From positions 17,285 to 81,284 of the forward strand of contig JAISNC010000061.1 in assembly GCA_031276355.1 (NCBI GenBank): a DNA stretch of 64,000 nucleotides, in the 5' to 3' direction. Position numbers and translations under genes: made by a program. Source of the stretch: Odoribacteraceae bacterium. GTDB taxonomy: Bacteria; Bacteroidota; Bacteroidia; Bacteroidales; Marinifilaceae. Positions 10,222-21,200 of the stretch are shown piece after piece. A model generated the notes under the pieces. It had not been told where the DNA came from, did no database searches, and saw nothing but the letters and a program-made list of their open reading frames with translations. Position 1 is the first letter of the stretch. Each line of letters begins with the position of its first letter.

Positions 10222-13200
10222 TTAGAATTTCAAGTTAGCGCCGAATTTGATCGTTCTCGGGAGGGCCATCTTCGCGTAGTCGCACCCCAGGAGCGCCTCA
10301 TCGTGGGAGTAGGCGAACTCCGGGTCAACGCCGAGGTATTTGGTGAAGGTGTAGAGGTTCTCCCCCGTGATGTAGAGCGTCCCGGAGCGGAAGAAGTTCC
10401 AGAGGGGCGTGTCGAAGGTGTAGCTCAACGTGATGTTTTTCCACTTGAGGTACGAGGCATCCTCCACCCAGCGGGAGGAGAAACGGTTGTTGTTCATCGG
10501 GTCGCCGTAGACGGCCTTGGGGATCTCCGTGACTTGTCCTTCAAGGATCCAGCGGTGTTTCATCGCCCCGGACTGGTTGAAGAAGGTGGAGCCGGATTCG
10601 ATCTGGCGGCGCACGGCGTTGTAGGCCTTGTTACCGTGGGAGTAGGCGAACCCGGTGGAGAGGCGTATCTTTTTCCAGCGGAGGGAGGTGTAGAAGCTAC
10701 CGAAGAAGTCGGGCATGGCGGAACCGAGGATCACCTTGTCGTTCTCGTCAATCACGTTGTCCACCACGATGTCTTGAAACTTCACGTCGCCGGCGGCGAA
10801 GGCTCTCCCGCTGAAATCGGTGAGACCGGCCTGTTGCGCCTCGGCGGCGGAGGAGTAGACTCCCTCGGCCCGGTAACCGTAGAAGGAGTAGGGGTGCTCG
10901 CCGGCACGCGAGATGATCTCGGCCCCGTCGGGCAGTTGCTGCACCAGCTCCCGGTTTTTACCCAACGAGACCACCTTGCTGTCCAGCGTGGCGATGTCAC
11001 CGCCGACGATCCACTCGAAGGAGGGATTACGGACGGGGGTTAGTTGCAGGGCAAGTTCCAGGCCGTTGTTCTCGATCTCGCCGTTGTTCTCGAAATAAGA
11101 GGGTTGCCCGAAGACGGAAGCGATCGGGTTGGCGAGGATAACGTCGGAGGAGATGACCCGGTAGTAGTCGAGGGAGAGGTCGACGCGGTGGGAGAGGAGG
11201 GCGAGGTCAACGCCCGCGTTGAACTGCGCGTTGTTCTCCCACTTGAGGCGGGTGTTGGGGATGTTGGCGCGCACGATGCTCCCGATGTCCATCAAGGGGG
11301 CGTTGACGTAGTAGTTCTTCCCGTAGTTGGAGGAGAAGCGGCTGTTCCCCGTCAACCCGTACTCGAGGCGGAGGTCCAGGCGATCAAGCCCGTCGATTCG
11401 CCCGATGGCCCCCGTGTTCGCGGCCATCCAGGTGATGGAGGCCGAGGGGAAGGTGGCAAAGCGGGTGGCATCCGGCCCGGACGAGGAGGAGGCATCGAGG
11501 GAGAGGTTAAGCGAGGCGCGCAGCATGTCACGATAGGTGTAATCGCCGTGGAGGTAAAGGTTCATCCAGTTCCACACGTCGATGTATCCCCAGAAATGTC
11601 GGCCCTCGCTATGGACATAGTTGAGGGTCTGGTAAAAGTCGTTCGTGGTGTTCCGGCCCCGGCCAGCATCAAACTCCATGTTGCTGGTGAATACCTGGTA
11701 GCCAGCGTTGAGGTTCAGGTCATGATCGCCGACGCTCTCGGTGTACGCCGCGTTGACGTTGTAGAACATGTTGATGGCCTCGCCCACGCCCGTGCGCACG
11801 GTGTTCTTCGCGAGGTTGTCCTCCAAGGGGAGGATGGCGGCCAGGTCGATGCCGGGGACAAAGATATTCTCCCGGTTGTAGTTGTAGTAAAGCCCGAGGA
11901 GGGCGTTCAAGGTGAGCCGCGGCGTCGCGCGGAAGGTAGCACCGACCTTGATATTAACGTCATACACCTTGGTGGAGGCATCCACGAGGTCGACGATGGC
12001 GGCGGGATTGCTGACATCAAGACGAGCGATGTCGTATTGATCCAACACGTGGCCGCTCCCGTCTTTCCTCCAGGGGCTGAGGAGGGGGGCCTTGTAGTAG
12101 GCCGCCAGGATGGGATTGGTCTCGGGCACCATCCCCTGCTCCTGCAGCCTGTTCTCGATGAAGGCAATACCGATGGTGGTGTACATCTCCCACCGGCGAC
12201 TGATCAGGACGTTGGTATTCAACTGGGCGTGGTACTTGTTCATCGAGGTATTGTCCACCACCCCCTGGTCGCGCGTGTACCCCAGCGACAGGTCGTACTT
12301 GGCGATGGCATCACCCCCTTCCACGCGGAAGAGGTTCTCGGAGATAAAGGAGCTTTTGTAGATCTCCTTCTGCCAGTCGGTGTTGTTATTGTAGATGCTG
12401 GCGTAGTAGTAGCCGGGGTCATCCTTCAGGAAGGGGAAGTTGATGAAGAGGTCGGCCATGTTCTCGTAACGGGTCAACCCCACGTTGTTCAGGTAGGCCT
12501 TGTACTCCTTCACGCCCATCAGCGGGACGCGCTTGCTGTTCCAGTTGATCCCGTACTGGCCGTAGAAACTGACCCGCGTGTCCAATTGATCCCTGGCCGC
12601 GCCGTCGGTCTCGATCAGGAGGACACCGTTGGAACCCAGCGAACCGTAAAGGGAGGCCTCCGCCCCCTTGAGGAGGGTCACGTTCTGGATGTCATGCACG
12701 TTGTAGGGCAACAAGAGGCTCTTGGAGTAGCCGCCGATGATGGGCGACTCCCGCGTGTCGGGCAGGTGGGGTATCCCGTTGATGACGATCAGCGGGGCGT
12801 TGGAACCGACAAAGGAGCGTACCCCCCGCAGGTTCCAGTAGGCTCCCTCGCCGGGCATCCCGCCTTTGCCGATGACCCGCAGGCCGGGGAGTTTACCGGA
12901 TAGTGCCTTGTCCAAGTAGAAGTCATTGCCCAGGTCTTTTTTGGAGACGTTCACGGCGGAGGAACTTTTTTTATCCGCTCGTTCGAGCCGGAAAGGCATC
13001 ACGAGTTCCTCGTTATACCGGTAGCTGTCGAGGGGCATCAGCACGATTTCAAGGGCATCCCGTTGCAGTAACGGCAACTCCTTCGGGTAGAAGCCTGTCG
13101 CCTCTACAAAGAGGCCCCGTTCGGGGGAGGAAAGCTCGAGCGTGAACTCTCCCCGCGCGTCCGTCATCGTGGTTTCCATCACCTTATCTCCCCGCACCAG

Positions 13201-13329
13201 CGCCCCCGCGAGCGGCGTTTTGTCAGGTAACAGGACTTTCCCCTTTACTTGGAATCGCTCTTGCGCGTCCACGCGCGCGACAGCAAGCGTCGCCACGAGC
13301 GCGATCATGATTATCTTCAATGTTTTCAT
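10222..13329 (-). CDS. SusC/RagA-family TonB-linked outer-membrane transporter
   Basis: 1035 aa. N-terminal carboxypeptidase-regulatory-like domain (FQVKGKVLLPDKTPLAGALV), plug (LPGLRVIGKGG...NAPLIVINGIP) and C-terminal beta-barrel ending ...KFGANLKF. No STN signalling domain seen. Confidence 0.93.
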   Translation of the reverse strand: MKTLKIIMIALVATLAVARVDAQERFQVKGKVLLPDKTPLAGALVRGDKVMETTMTDARGEFTLELSSPERGLFVEATGFYPKELPLLQRDALEIVLMPLDSYRYNEELVMPFRLERADKKSSSAVNVSKKDLGNDFYLDKALSGKLPGLRVIGKGGMPGEGAYWNLRGVRSFVGSNAPLIVINGIPHLPDTRESPIIGGYSKSLLLPYNVHDIQNVTLLKGAEASLYGSLGSNGVLLIETDGAARDQLDTRVSFYGQYGINWNSKRVPLMGVKEYKAYLNNVGLTRYENMADLFINFPFLKDDPGYYYASIYNNNTDWQKEIYKSSFISENLFRVEGGDAIAKYDLSLGYTRDQGVVDNTSMNKYHAQLNTNVLISRRWEMYTTIGIAFIENRLQEQGMVPETNPILAAYYKAPLLSPWRKDGSGHVLDQYDIARLDVSNPAAIVDLVDASTKVYDVNIKVGATFRATPRLTLNALLGLYYNYNRENIFVPGIDLAAILPLEDNLAKNTVRTGVGEAINMFYNVNAAYTESVGDHDLNLNAGYQVFTSNMEFDAGRGRNTTNDFYQTLNYVHSEGRHFWGYIDVWNWMNLYLHGDYTYRDMLRASLNLSLDASSSSGPDATRFATFPSASITWMAANTGAIGRIDGLDRLDLRLEYGLTGNSRFSSNYGKNYYVNAPLMDIGSIVRANIPNTRLKWENNAQFNAGVDLALLSHRVDLSLDYYRVISSDVILANPIASVFGQPSYFENNGEIENNGLELALQLTPVRNPSFEWIVGGDIATLDSKVVSLGKNRELVQQLPDGAEIISRAGEHPYSFYGYRAEGVYSSAAEAQQAGLTDFSGRAFAAGDVKFQDIVVDNVIDENDKVILGSAMPDFFGSFYTSLRWKKIRLSTGFAYSHGNKAYNAVRRQIESGSTFFNQSGAMKHRWILEGQVTEIPKAVYGDPMNNNRFSSRWVEDASYLKWKNITLSYTFDTPLWNFFRSGTLYITGENLYTFTKYLGVDPEFAYSHDEALLGCDYAKMALPRTIKFGANLKF

Positions 13330-13354
13330 ATCTCTCTTGGTTGAAGATGCGTGT

Positions 13355-15049
13355 TTAATAATTATTCACCGTCGGTTTCAAGCACCAGTGGTGGGCGAAG
13401 AAATTAGCCCCGAAGACAACGGCGGGGGTATCCCGCGCCACAAGCCGGATCACGATCGGCTGCATCTCCGTGCCCTCGAAGCGTACCACCCCGATGGTAC
13501 CGCCATCCCGGTCGTAGTTGGCCGGCTTGCCCTGCAGCCCGGAGGCCTTGGTGTTAAATCCCTCCGGGTAGCCACCGGCGCCGCGGTCAAAGTGGAAGGA
13601 ACCCCCGTCCAAGGATTGGTTCGCCTTGACCAGCACGTCGTTCACGTAGATATCCACGTTGTATTTCAGTTTTTCCTTGAAGCCCATGCAGAGGGTGTAC
13701 TCGCCGGGGGGGATCAACGCCTCGCCGACCGTCCCGTCGGCGTTCAGCACCAGCCCGGTGAAGGTGAAGGTGAAACCCGGTTTGATCTGCAACCGCAAGC
13801 AATCGTAATACTTCGAGGGCCAAACGCCGGGGAGCGGCGAGTCATTGCTGGCCGCGTTGTAGCTACCCTCCCGGTTCACCCGCACCGGCTCGGCGGTCGT
13901 GTCGATGTAGTTGGTGAACTGGAAGTACTCGGCCTTCTCCTCCACCGTGCAGTTCTGGTAGTAGCTGAAATATTGTTTGATCCGGTAGACGAGGATGTTG
14001 TTAGGCACCTTCATGTAGTTCACGTAGTAAGCGATGCCGTTACTCAGATGCACGGGGTGCCCCGTGTCGATCTGCTGGACGGTATTTCTCCACACCTGCC
14101 CGAAGGCCGAGGTCCAATCCTCCTTAGCGGCGTAATCCTCCGGGGGGATCGTGCCCTTGAAAAACAGCGCGTTGATCACCCACCCCTCGATCCTGGCCGA
14201 GTCCTCGGCCGTGATCTCGCGCCCGAGGGCGTTGGAGATGGTCAGGTAGGCGTTCTCTATCGCGCTCCCGAGCAGGGCGTTGGTGGGGATAAAGACGGTC
14301 GATTTGGCAAACTCGGAGACGATGTTGATCTTCTGGTCGCTCTCGGCCACGTCCACGTCAAAGAGGGGGTTACTCTCGACCCAAACGGAGTCGTATACCG
14401 TGTTCCCCGTCTCGTCCGTGTAGAGGGGACGGCTGTTACCCACATCGAAGAGATAGGTGCTCTTCTCGAAGACCATCTGCTTGAACAGGGAGTACTCCTC
14501 GCCCAGGTTTTTTAGGTACTCGTACACGGAGACCATCGCCACGAGCGGGGACTCCAGCTCGTACACGAAGGCGTTCGTCGTCTTGATGATCCGCTTTACC
14601 TTCAGCCCATTCAGGTATATCTCCACGGCACCGTCGGCCCGCGAGTCTGTCTGGAGGCTGGCCACCACGTACTTCCCGTTCCACATCAGCAGGCGCTGTC
14701 CCTCCGGCAACTCGTTCGGGGCGAGCATGGCACCACAGATATGCATCTTGGCCAGGTTCGCGTCATCTCCAGCCGTACCGAACGCCTCGTTGTTCACCAC
14801 GATTACCGTGAACAGCTGATCCTTCGTGGCCAACTCCTGGGCCACGCCCGTGGCCGTGAAGAGCGCGTACATGTTACTGTACGAGGCCTCGGATTTCAGA
14901 AAATTCGCCACGGGGGCGTTGACGATCGTCACCTCTTGGTTCCCCACGATCTCCGATTCGGCGTTCACGCGGGAGTCCCACTGGTCTTTGCAGGAGTAAC
15001 CTAACAAGGCTATCCCTAAAACCGCGAAAATGTATCTACTTGTTTTCAT
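13355..15049 (-). CDS. fasciclin (FAS1) domain surface lipoprotein
   Basis: 564 aa. Lipobox LLGYSC. FAS1-like pattern ...LFTVIVVNNEAFGTAG...HICGAML...YLNGLKVKRIIKTTNAFVYELESPL. Confidence 0.72.
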   Translation of the reverse strand: MKTSRYIFAVLGIALLGYSCKDQWDSRVNAESEIVGNQEVTIVNAPVANFLKSEASYSNMYALFTATGVAQELATKDQLFTVIVVNNEAFGTAGDDANLAKMHICGAMLAPNELPEGQRLLMWNGKYVVASLQTDSRADGAVEIYLNGLKVKRIIKTTNAFVYELESPLVAMVSVYEYLKNLGEEYSLFKQMVFEKSTYLFDVGNSRPLYTDETGNTVYDSVWVESNPLFDVDVAESDQKINIVSEFAKSTVFIPTNALLGSAIENAYLTISNALGREITAEDSARIEGWVINALFFKGTIPPEDYAAKEDWTSAFGQVWRNTVQQIDTGHPVHLSNGIAYYVNYMKVPNNILVYRIKQYFSYYQNCTVEEKAEYFQFTNYIDTTAEPVRVNREGSYNAASNDSPLPGVWPSKYYDCLRLQIKPGFTFTFTGLVLNADGTVGEALIPPGEYTLCMGFKEKLKYNVDIYVNDVLVKANQSLDGGSFHFDRGAGGYPEGFNTKASGLQGKPANYDRDGGTIGVVRFEGTEMQPIVIRLVARDTPAVVFGANFFAHHWCLKPTVNNY

Positions 15050-15057
15050 AATCAGGT

Positions 15058-16710
15058 CTAATTAATAGGTGTGAATTTGATGTAGTCTAATTGTAATCTG
15101 TAATTGCTATCCGTGGAGGCCAACGGGTCCATGACCACTAATTTGAAAGCGTGAGCGGAGGTGATCGAGAAATCAATCATCTCGGTGACGACCACCGAAT
15201 AGAGTCCCACCGCGTTAGTCGTGACGGTCTTGTACATCAAGATCTCTTTGGATACCCCGTCAAAGGAGAGCTGGCATTTGCTGCCGTTCGTGCGGAAACT
15301 GTTCAACGAGGTACCGTACCCGAAGAAGAGTTCTACCCTGTACTTCCCCTTGATAATCACCGGCGTTTTGGTCTCGAAGCTCCCCAGGTAACCGACGTTC
15401 ACGCTCAACACGTCGTGATACATCGCCCCGTAGTTTCCGCCGTTGATGCTCCCGCTCTTCTCGGTCGCGAGTCCCAGGACGGGCCATGTGACGGTACTAG
15501 TTTTAGTGGTATTACCCGTCCACGTGTAGCTGGTGATCGCGGCCGTCGTGAAGGGTACCTTGTTCTCGGTGCTGTTTACCTGGTGATACCAGGTGGGGTC
15601 GGTCTCGTTCACCAGCTCGGCGATGTCCGAGAAGTCGCACAAGTCCCAATCCACCACGATCGGATCCGGCGACCAGACCTCCAGCAACCCGTCCACCTCG
15701 TGAACGATGCCGTTCTTCATTACCCGGTCGCTCTGCTCGGCCACCAATTGCAACCGTTCTCCCCCGTAGTTCAAGTAGTAGCTCTCCCCCGTGCGCGTGA
15801 GCGCCAGCACCGAGCTCTCCTCGTTGGTAGTTATCAGCTTCATCGTGTCCCGCTCGAAGCGATAGAGATCCGCCGTGTACTGGGCACCGTTGATGATGTG
15901 GTAGGAGACGTATTGCCACAGGGCGTTGCTCTTGGCCGTGTAATCCGTCCCACCGACCGCCAGGTGGCTCTTCAAGGCAGCCAGGTTGCTAATCCCGTTA
16001 GCGTGAAAGACCTCATCCGGCACCACGAGCAGCGTGAAGTTCTTTTTCGTCAGGATAATCCCGCCGAAGTTGTTGCGGGTCGTGTCGTACGGGATGGAGA
16101 GGCGCTCCAGCCAACCGGTCTCGCGCAACGCCTCCTGAAAGATGGAGTAACGCTCCTCGCCCTCCATCCGGTCGGTAATCGTCTCCACCAGCGGCGGTAG
16201 CACGGCATCCAGCCTGTAGATATAGCCGTTGACCACGGTATCGGCAATTTGCGTCACCCGCGCCAGGTCGTTCACGTAGATAGCACTCGCCCCCCCCTCG
16301 CGGAAGTTGATGACCAAGCGATCGCCGGAGTAGGTGGTGGCGTAAACGGCGTATCCCTCCGTGAACCTGTCAGCCGGTATGCCGGTGGCCACCACGTGGT
16401 AGCGTACCAGCTCCTGGGCGTACGCCTCGCCCAGCTCCTCTATCTTCTCGACTCCTTTCTGGGTATAGAATGTTTTCACCGCGTCGTTGTCGGGCACGAA
16501 ACTCGTGAACACGAGATCCGATTGATTCAACGCGTTAAACATGTTCGCGTAATGCAATATCGATACCCACTCGGAAAACGACTCCGGGTGAGCCTCTAAG
16601 TAGGTGGCCGTGGGGGCGGAATCATTCACCAAGTAGGTGGTGCCCTCGTAGGGGTCGTTGCAGGCAACCGCGAGCAAGCAGACCCAACTTATTAACCAGC
16701 ATTTTTTCAT
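15058..16710 (-). CDS. fasciclin (FAS1) domain surface lipoprotein
   Basis: 550 aa. Lipobox LLAVAC. ...VFTSFVPDNDAVKTFY...LVRYHVV...VNGYIYRLDAVLPPL, and a second FAS1-like stretch LLVVPDEVF...HIINGAQY...NGIVHEVDGLL. Confidence 0.75.
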   Translation of the reverse strand: MKKCWLISWVCLLAVACNDPYEGTTYLVNDSAPTATYLEAHPESFSEWVSILHYANMFNALNQSDLVFTSFVPDNDAVKTFYTQKGVEKIEELGEAYAQELVRYHVVATGIPADRFTEGYAVYATTYSGDRLVINFREGGASAIYVNDLARVTQIADTVVNGYIYRLDAVLPPLVETITDRMEGEERYSIFQEALRETGWLERLSIPYDTTRNNFGGIILTKKNFTLLVVPDEVFHANGISNLAALKSHLAVGGTDYTAKSNALWQYVSYHIINGAQYTADLYRFERDTMKLITTNEESSVLALTRTGESYYLNYGGERLQLVAEQSDRVMKNGIVHEVDGLLEVWSPDPIVVDWDLCDFSDIAELVNETDPTWYHQVNSTENKVPFTTAAITSYTWTGNTTKTSTVTWPVLGLATEKSGSINGGNYGAMYHDVLSVNVGYLGSFETKTPVIIKGKYRVELFFGYGTSLNSFRTNGSKCQLSFDGVSKEILMYKTVTTNAVGLYSVVVTEMIDFSITSAHAFKLVVMDPLASTDSNYRLQLDYIKFTPIN

Positions 16711-16728
16711 AGCACGTGCGTTAAGAGA

Positions 16729-18258
16729 TTATTTTCCAATTTCATAATAGGGATTCTGGACGAGCAGCGGGTTGGCCTGCAACTCTTTGGTCGCGATGGG
16801 AAGGTAGTGCGCGTTATTATCAAGCACCACCGAATGTACCCACGTGGGGCTCGCGTACGTGCTCTCCAATAACTTTTCGATCAGGAACCGTTGCTTGTAC
16901 TTGTAGTTGTCCCTCTTCCCGAACCGCAACAGGTCGTACCACCGCTTCCCCTCGGCAGCCAGCTCCATGCACCGTTCCGTTAGGATGATATCCAGGACGT
17001 TCTCTTCGTTGATCTCCCCCTCCTCTATCTGCACGTCCGGCAACGAGGAACGCGTCCTGACCTGATTGACAAGCGAGAGGGCCTCGTTCCACCGGCTGCT
17101 CCCGCCGAGTAACGTCAACGCCTCGGCCTTCATCAACAGGATGTCGGCCACGCGGTAGATGATGTAGTTCGCGTCGGCTTTCGCCCGCTTGTTGTCCACG
17201 GAGTGCGCGCCTCCCCCGAAATATTTCCACACGTACCCCTCCGTCACCTCTCCCCCGTTGTTCTTCTCCTTGTCGGTGGCGTAGGAACCATAAAGCCCGC
17301 GCCCGAAGGTGGGATCCACGAGGCGGATATCCGTCTCCTCCACCCACCGCGTCACCATCCAGGGGGTGTAATAGTACGTGGCCCCCGATGTACCGACCTT
17401 ATCACACAACGGGTTTTTCTGGTCGGCATCCACCGTCATATCCCACTGTACCTCGAAGATAGACTCCCGGCTGTTGCCCGGGTTGTAGATCGTGAACCAC
17501 TCCGTCGGCTCCGGCATAAACTCGGGAGCGTTGGAGCCTCCCTCCAAGATGTTGTTGCAGGCGATGATGGCATTGTCGTAATCCCCGTCCCACAAACAGA
17601 CATCGGCCATCAGGGCGTACAACGCCCACTTCGTGGCCCGTCCCTTGGTCTCCCACTCCTTGGGGAAGAAGGCCTTGGCCGCCTTGCTCTCTAACGCCAG
17701 GCGGAGGTCCGTCTTGATCTGGGCGATCACCTCCTCCTCCGCCGCCGCGGCCTTCTCGTACGGCTCGCTATCGTCCACGTAGGGAACGGTGATCAAGGGC
17801 ACCTCCTTGAAGTTACGGATCAGGTAAAAGTAGCTCAACGCCCGGATAAAATAGGCTTCCGCCATGTAGGAGTTCATCACCGGCTCCTCGAACGTCTCGT
17901 CGACCATGATGACCTGCGGCGCGTAGGTCAACACGGAGTTAGCCATGTTAATGGCCTGGTAAAGCGTGCCCCAGTTACACACTTTATCCGAAGGGGTTAC
18001 CCGGAACTCCACGAGTGCTCCCGTGCCGCCGTAGATGCACCCGCCGCGTAACTCGCCCCACTCGAATAAGGTGGGCACCGCGTCCCTGAATTTCACGTAA
18101 CCGGCATTGAGCACGGCCAACACCTCCTCTTTGCTTTTCCAAAACTTGTCGCTGGTCTGCTCGTTCTCGGGCAGGATGGTCAACCACTCTTTGCAACCAC
18201 TAAAGGCCATTATCCCCAGGAGCAGCAGTAAACCATATCGTATCTTTTTCATAACCAT
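16729..18258 (-). CDS. RagB/SusD-family nutrient-binding outer-membrane lipoprotein
   Basis: 509 aa. Lipobox AFSGC. Typical SusD C-terminus (ILTERCMELAAEGKRWYDLLRFGK...). 5 nt downstream of a SusC gene. Confidence 0.9.
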   Translation of the reverse strand: MVMKKIRYGLLLLLGIMAFSGCKEWLTILPENEQTSDKFWKSKEEVLAVLNAGYVKFRDAVPTLFEWGELRGGCIYGGTGALVEFRVTPSDKVCNWGTLYQAINMANSVLTYAPQVIMVDETFEEPVMNSYMAEAYFIRALSYFYLIRNFKEVPLITVPYVDDSEPYEKAAAAEEEVIAQIKTDLRLALESKAAKAFFPKEWETKGRATKWALYALMADVCLWDGDYDNAIIACNNILEGGSNAPEFMPEPTEWFTIYNPGNSRESIFEVQWDMTVDADQKNPLCDKVGTSGATYYYTPWMVTRWVEETDIRLVDPTFGRGLYGSYATDKEKNNGGEVTEGYVWKYFGGGAHSVDNKRAKADANYIIYRVADILLMKAEALTLLGGSSRWNEALSLVNQVRTRSSLPDVQIEEGEINEENVLDIILTERCMELAAEGKRWYDLLRFGKRDNYKYKQRFLIEKLLESTYASPTWVHSVVLDNNAHYLPIATKELQANPLLVQNPYYEIGK

Positions 18259-18263
18259 AGCAT

Positions 18264-21200
18264 TTAAAAGTTTAACTTGACACCGAAGGAGGATCTAATC
18301 GCCTTGGGTGTTTGCGCGTTATCCTGCACAAGTCCCACCCCGGAAGGCAAGCTCACCTCGGGATCTTGCCCGGTGTAGTTCGTCCACGTGAACAGGTCAT
18401 ACGCCGTGATGAACACGTCCAACCGGTTGACTCCCCAGCGCGCGGTCACTCGCTTCGGTACCGTGTAATTCAAGGAGAGGGTTTTAAAACGCACGAATGA
18501 CGCGTTCTCGACAAAGCGGTCGGAACCCAAGTAGTTGTACCCGTAGTTGTACAGCGCCCGCGGGATATCCGTGTCGTCGCCCTCGTTGCGCCAGCGTTTC
18601 AACACGGCCGTGCTCTGGTTATCCTTCCCGTACATGGCCTCGCTGGTCATGCGGGCACGGTTGATCACCTTCTGCCCGTAACGCCCGTGGAAGAAGGCCG
18701 TGAGCAACCACTCCTTGTATTTTAACGAGAAGCCGCCACCACCGATAAAGAGCGGCATCGCGTTCCCCAGGTAGACGATGTCGTACTGGTTGATCAACCC
18801 GTCCATGTTCTCGTCCTGGTAGCTGGCATCACCGGGAGCCACCACCACGCTACCGTTCTTCATGCGGATCGGCACTCCCGTGAAATCCATCATCACGTTG
18901 CCGTGCCTGTCTCGCGCGTAGGTGTCTACTTGATTTTGATAAACTCCCTTGTAACGATACCCGTAGAACGAGCCGGCCGGATTCCCCGCGATGACCCGCT
19001 GCGCGTACTCGCCATTCTTGAACTCGTACTGCTCTTGTTTCATGTTCTCCGGCAACTTGTCAATCTTGTTCACGTTCTTGCTCACGTTGGCATTGATCGA
19101 GAACAACCACTCCGGGCTGCGAAACACCTCGTACTCCACGCGGAACTCCATGCCCCAGTTCGACATCTCGCCCGAGTTGAAGTAGCGGATCTCCGAGAAA
19201 CCGGTTGAAGAGGGGATGTCTATATCCTTCTGCAACAGGTCTCTCTTCTTGCGGGTATACCAGTCGAAGGTGACGTATACTTTCTTATGCAGGAACGAGA
19301 GATCCGTACCGATGTTGAACTCCGTGGAGGTCTCCCATTTCAGTTTATCCAGTTGTATCCTCACCGGCTCGATGGCCGCGTTGTCGATGTAACCGGGTGT
19401 CAACGCCTTAAAGGTCCCGATATAGGGGGCCGAACCACCGGGAGAGGTACCGCTCTGCCCGTAGCCGAACCGGATCTTCGCCTCGTTCAACCACGTCACC
19501 TCTTTCAAGAAATCCTCCTCGTGCGCCAACCACGCCACGCCGAACGCGTCAAACACGCCGAACCGGTTGGAGTTACCCATGGAGGAGTTCCCCTCCATGT
19601 TCAAGTTCCCCGATAAGACATAACGATCCAGAAGCGTGTAGTTCAGGTTGATAGTGGCCGTCACTTTACGCGACCGGGAGCTTCCCGAGCCCATGCTGAC
19701 GACCTTGCCCCCGGAGGTCGGATCCGCCAAGTTCGGCGAGGAGTTCCCGTAGGTCTGGCTGGAGTAGCTGGAGTTGTTGGAAGAGCTGGTTTTCAAGATG
19801 GCCGTGGCCACGATCTCGTGGTCGTTCTCCCACTTTCTCGTGTAGAGCAACTTGTTCTCCGTCACGATAGACATCTTGTCCGACAACAGATCCGCGCTGC
19901 GGTTGAAATACTGGTTCGTCCACACCACGCCGGTGGTCGATTGCGGCAAGAACTTCTGGTTCTTCGTCGAACCGATCGTCATGGAGACCAACCCCGTGTA
20001 ACTCAGGCCAGATAACAACTTGTAGTTTAACCTAAAATTCATCTTCGCCTCGCGCCCCATCGTGGTATTATACGACTCCCGGGCCATCGCCACGGGATTG
20101 AAATGGCTCGACCCGTTGTAAGCCCCCTGGAAATCGCTGACGGGCGAGAAATAGAGCGTGGTACGCTTTCCCGTCTCATCGTCTATCCAATAGGGACTTT
20201 TGTTGGGCATCTTCTTCAAGGCCTCGGAGCGGGCGTTGTGGTAATTGTCATCCCGGTTACTCTGGGAATACGAGAAATCCGCGTCCACCCGCAACCGGTC
20301 GGAGAAGAAATAGCTGATGTTCAACGCGGAGCTTAAGCGACGCAAGGCGGTACCGATGCTCGTCCCCCCCTCGTACAGGTAGCCCAACGAGAAGCGATAA
20401 ATGGCTTTATCACCCCCGCCCGACATGGCGAAGTTATTATCGGAAGTCAAGGCCGTGCTACGCACCTCATCCAGCCACTTCGTGTTCTGGTTGTACTCGT
20501 CAAAGTATATCCATCCCGGGTTATAATTCAACTCCGGCGTGTTGAAGAGCAGATCCAGCTCCGTCCCCGCAAACGATATACCCTTGGCATTGGCCGTATT
20601 CCAGATAGCGTCTTGCATCATGGCCACGTACTGGTTCCCGTCTAACAGGGGGATCGTATTAGGCTCCTCTTTCACGGTAAACTTGGTGGACAGCGTGAAG
20701 GTCGTGGGGCCTTTTGCCCCTTTCTTCGTCGTGACGACCAGCACGCCGTTCGCTCCCTTGCTTCCCCAGATGGCCGTGGCAGAAGCGTCCTTCAACACCT
20801 CGATGCTCTCGATATCCGAGGGATTGATATTCAACAACGCCCCGAAATCCTCCTCGTTCGCGGTGGAAAATTCAAAATCAGCGTCTATCTCCTGGTCTCG
20901 AGGCACTCCATCAATCACGATCAGCGGCTCCGACGAGGCGTTCAAGGAGCTGGTACCGCGGATACGGATGGCGCTCCTGGAACCGGGATCTCCCCCCAAT
21001 ATGATATCCACGCCCCCCAGTCGTCCCTGGAGCGCCTCGTCCACCGAACTCACCGGGGTAACCCCCATGATGTCGTCGAGCTTGATGCGCTGGGTGGCCG
21101 AGATCACCTGCCGGTCCGTCAATCCCAGGTCATTCCGGTGGGTGCCCCCAACGACCGTGACTTCGTCCATGAGCGTCTCCTGCGCCTCCAAGATAACGTC

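Noticed and set aside
11044-12903. 619-aa plus-strand ORF, with similar long ORFs at 10144-11043 and 13142-14515
   Set aside because: They are antisense to the SusC and FAS1 genes, have V/G/D/E/H-rich repetitive translations, and have no plausible start context. They are GC-bias artefacts.
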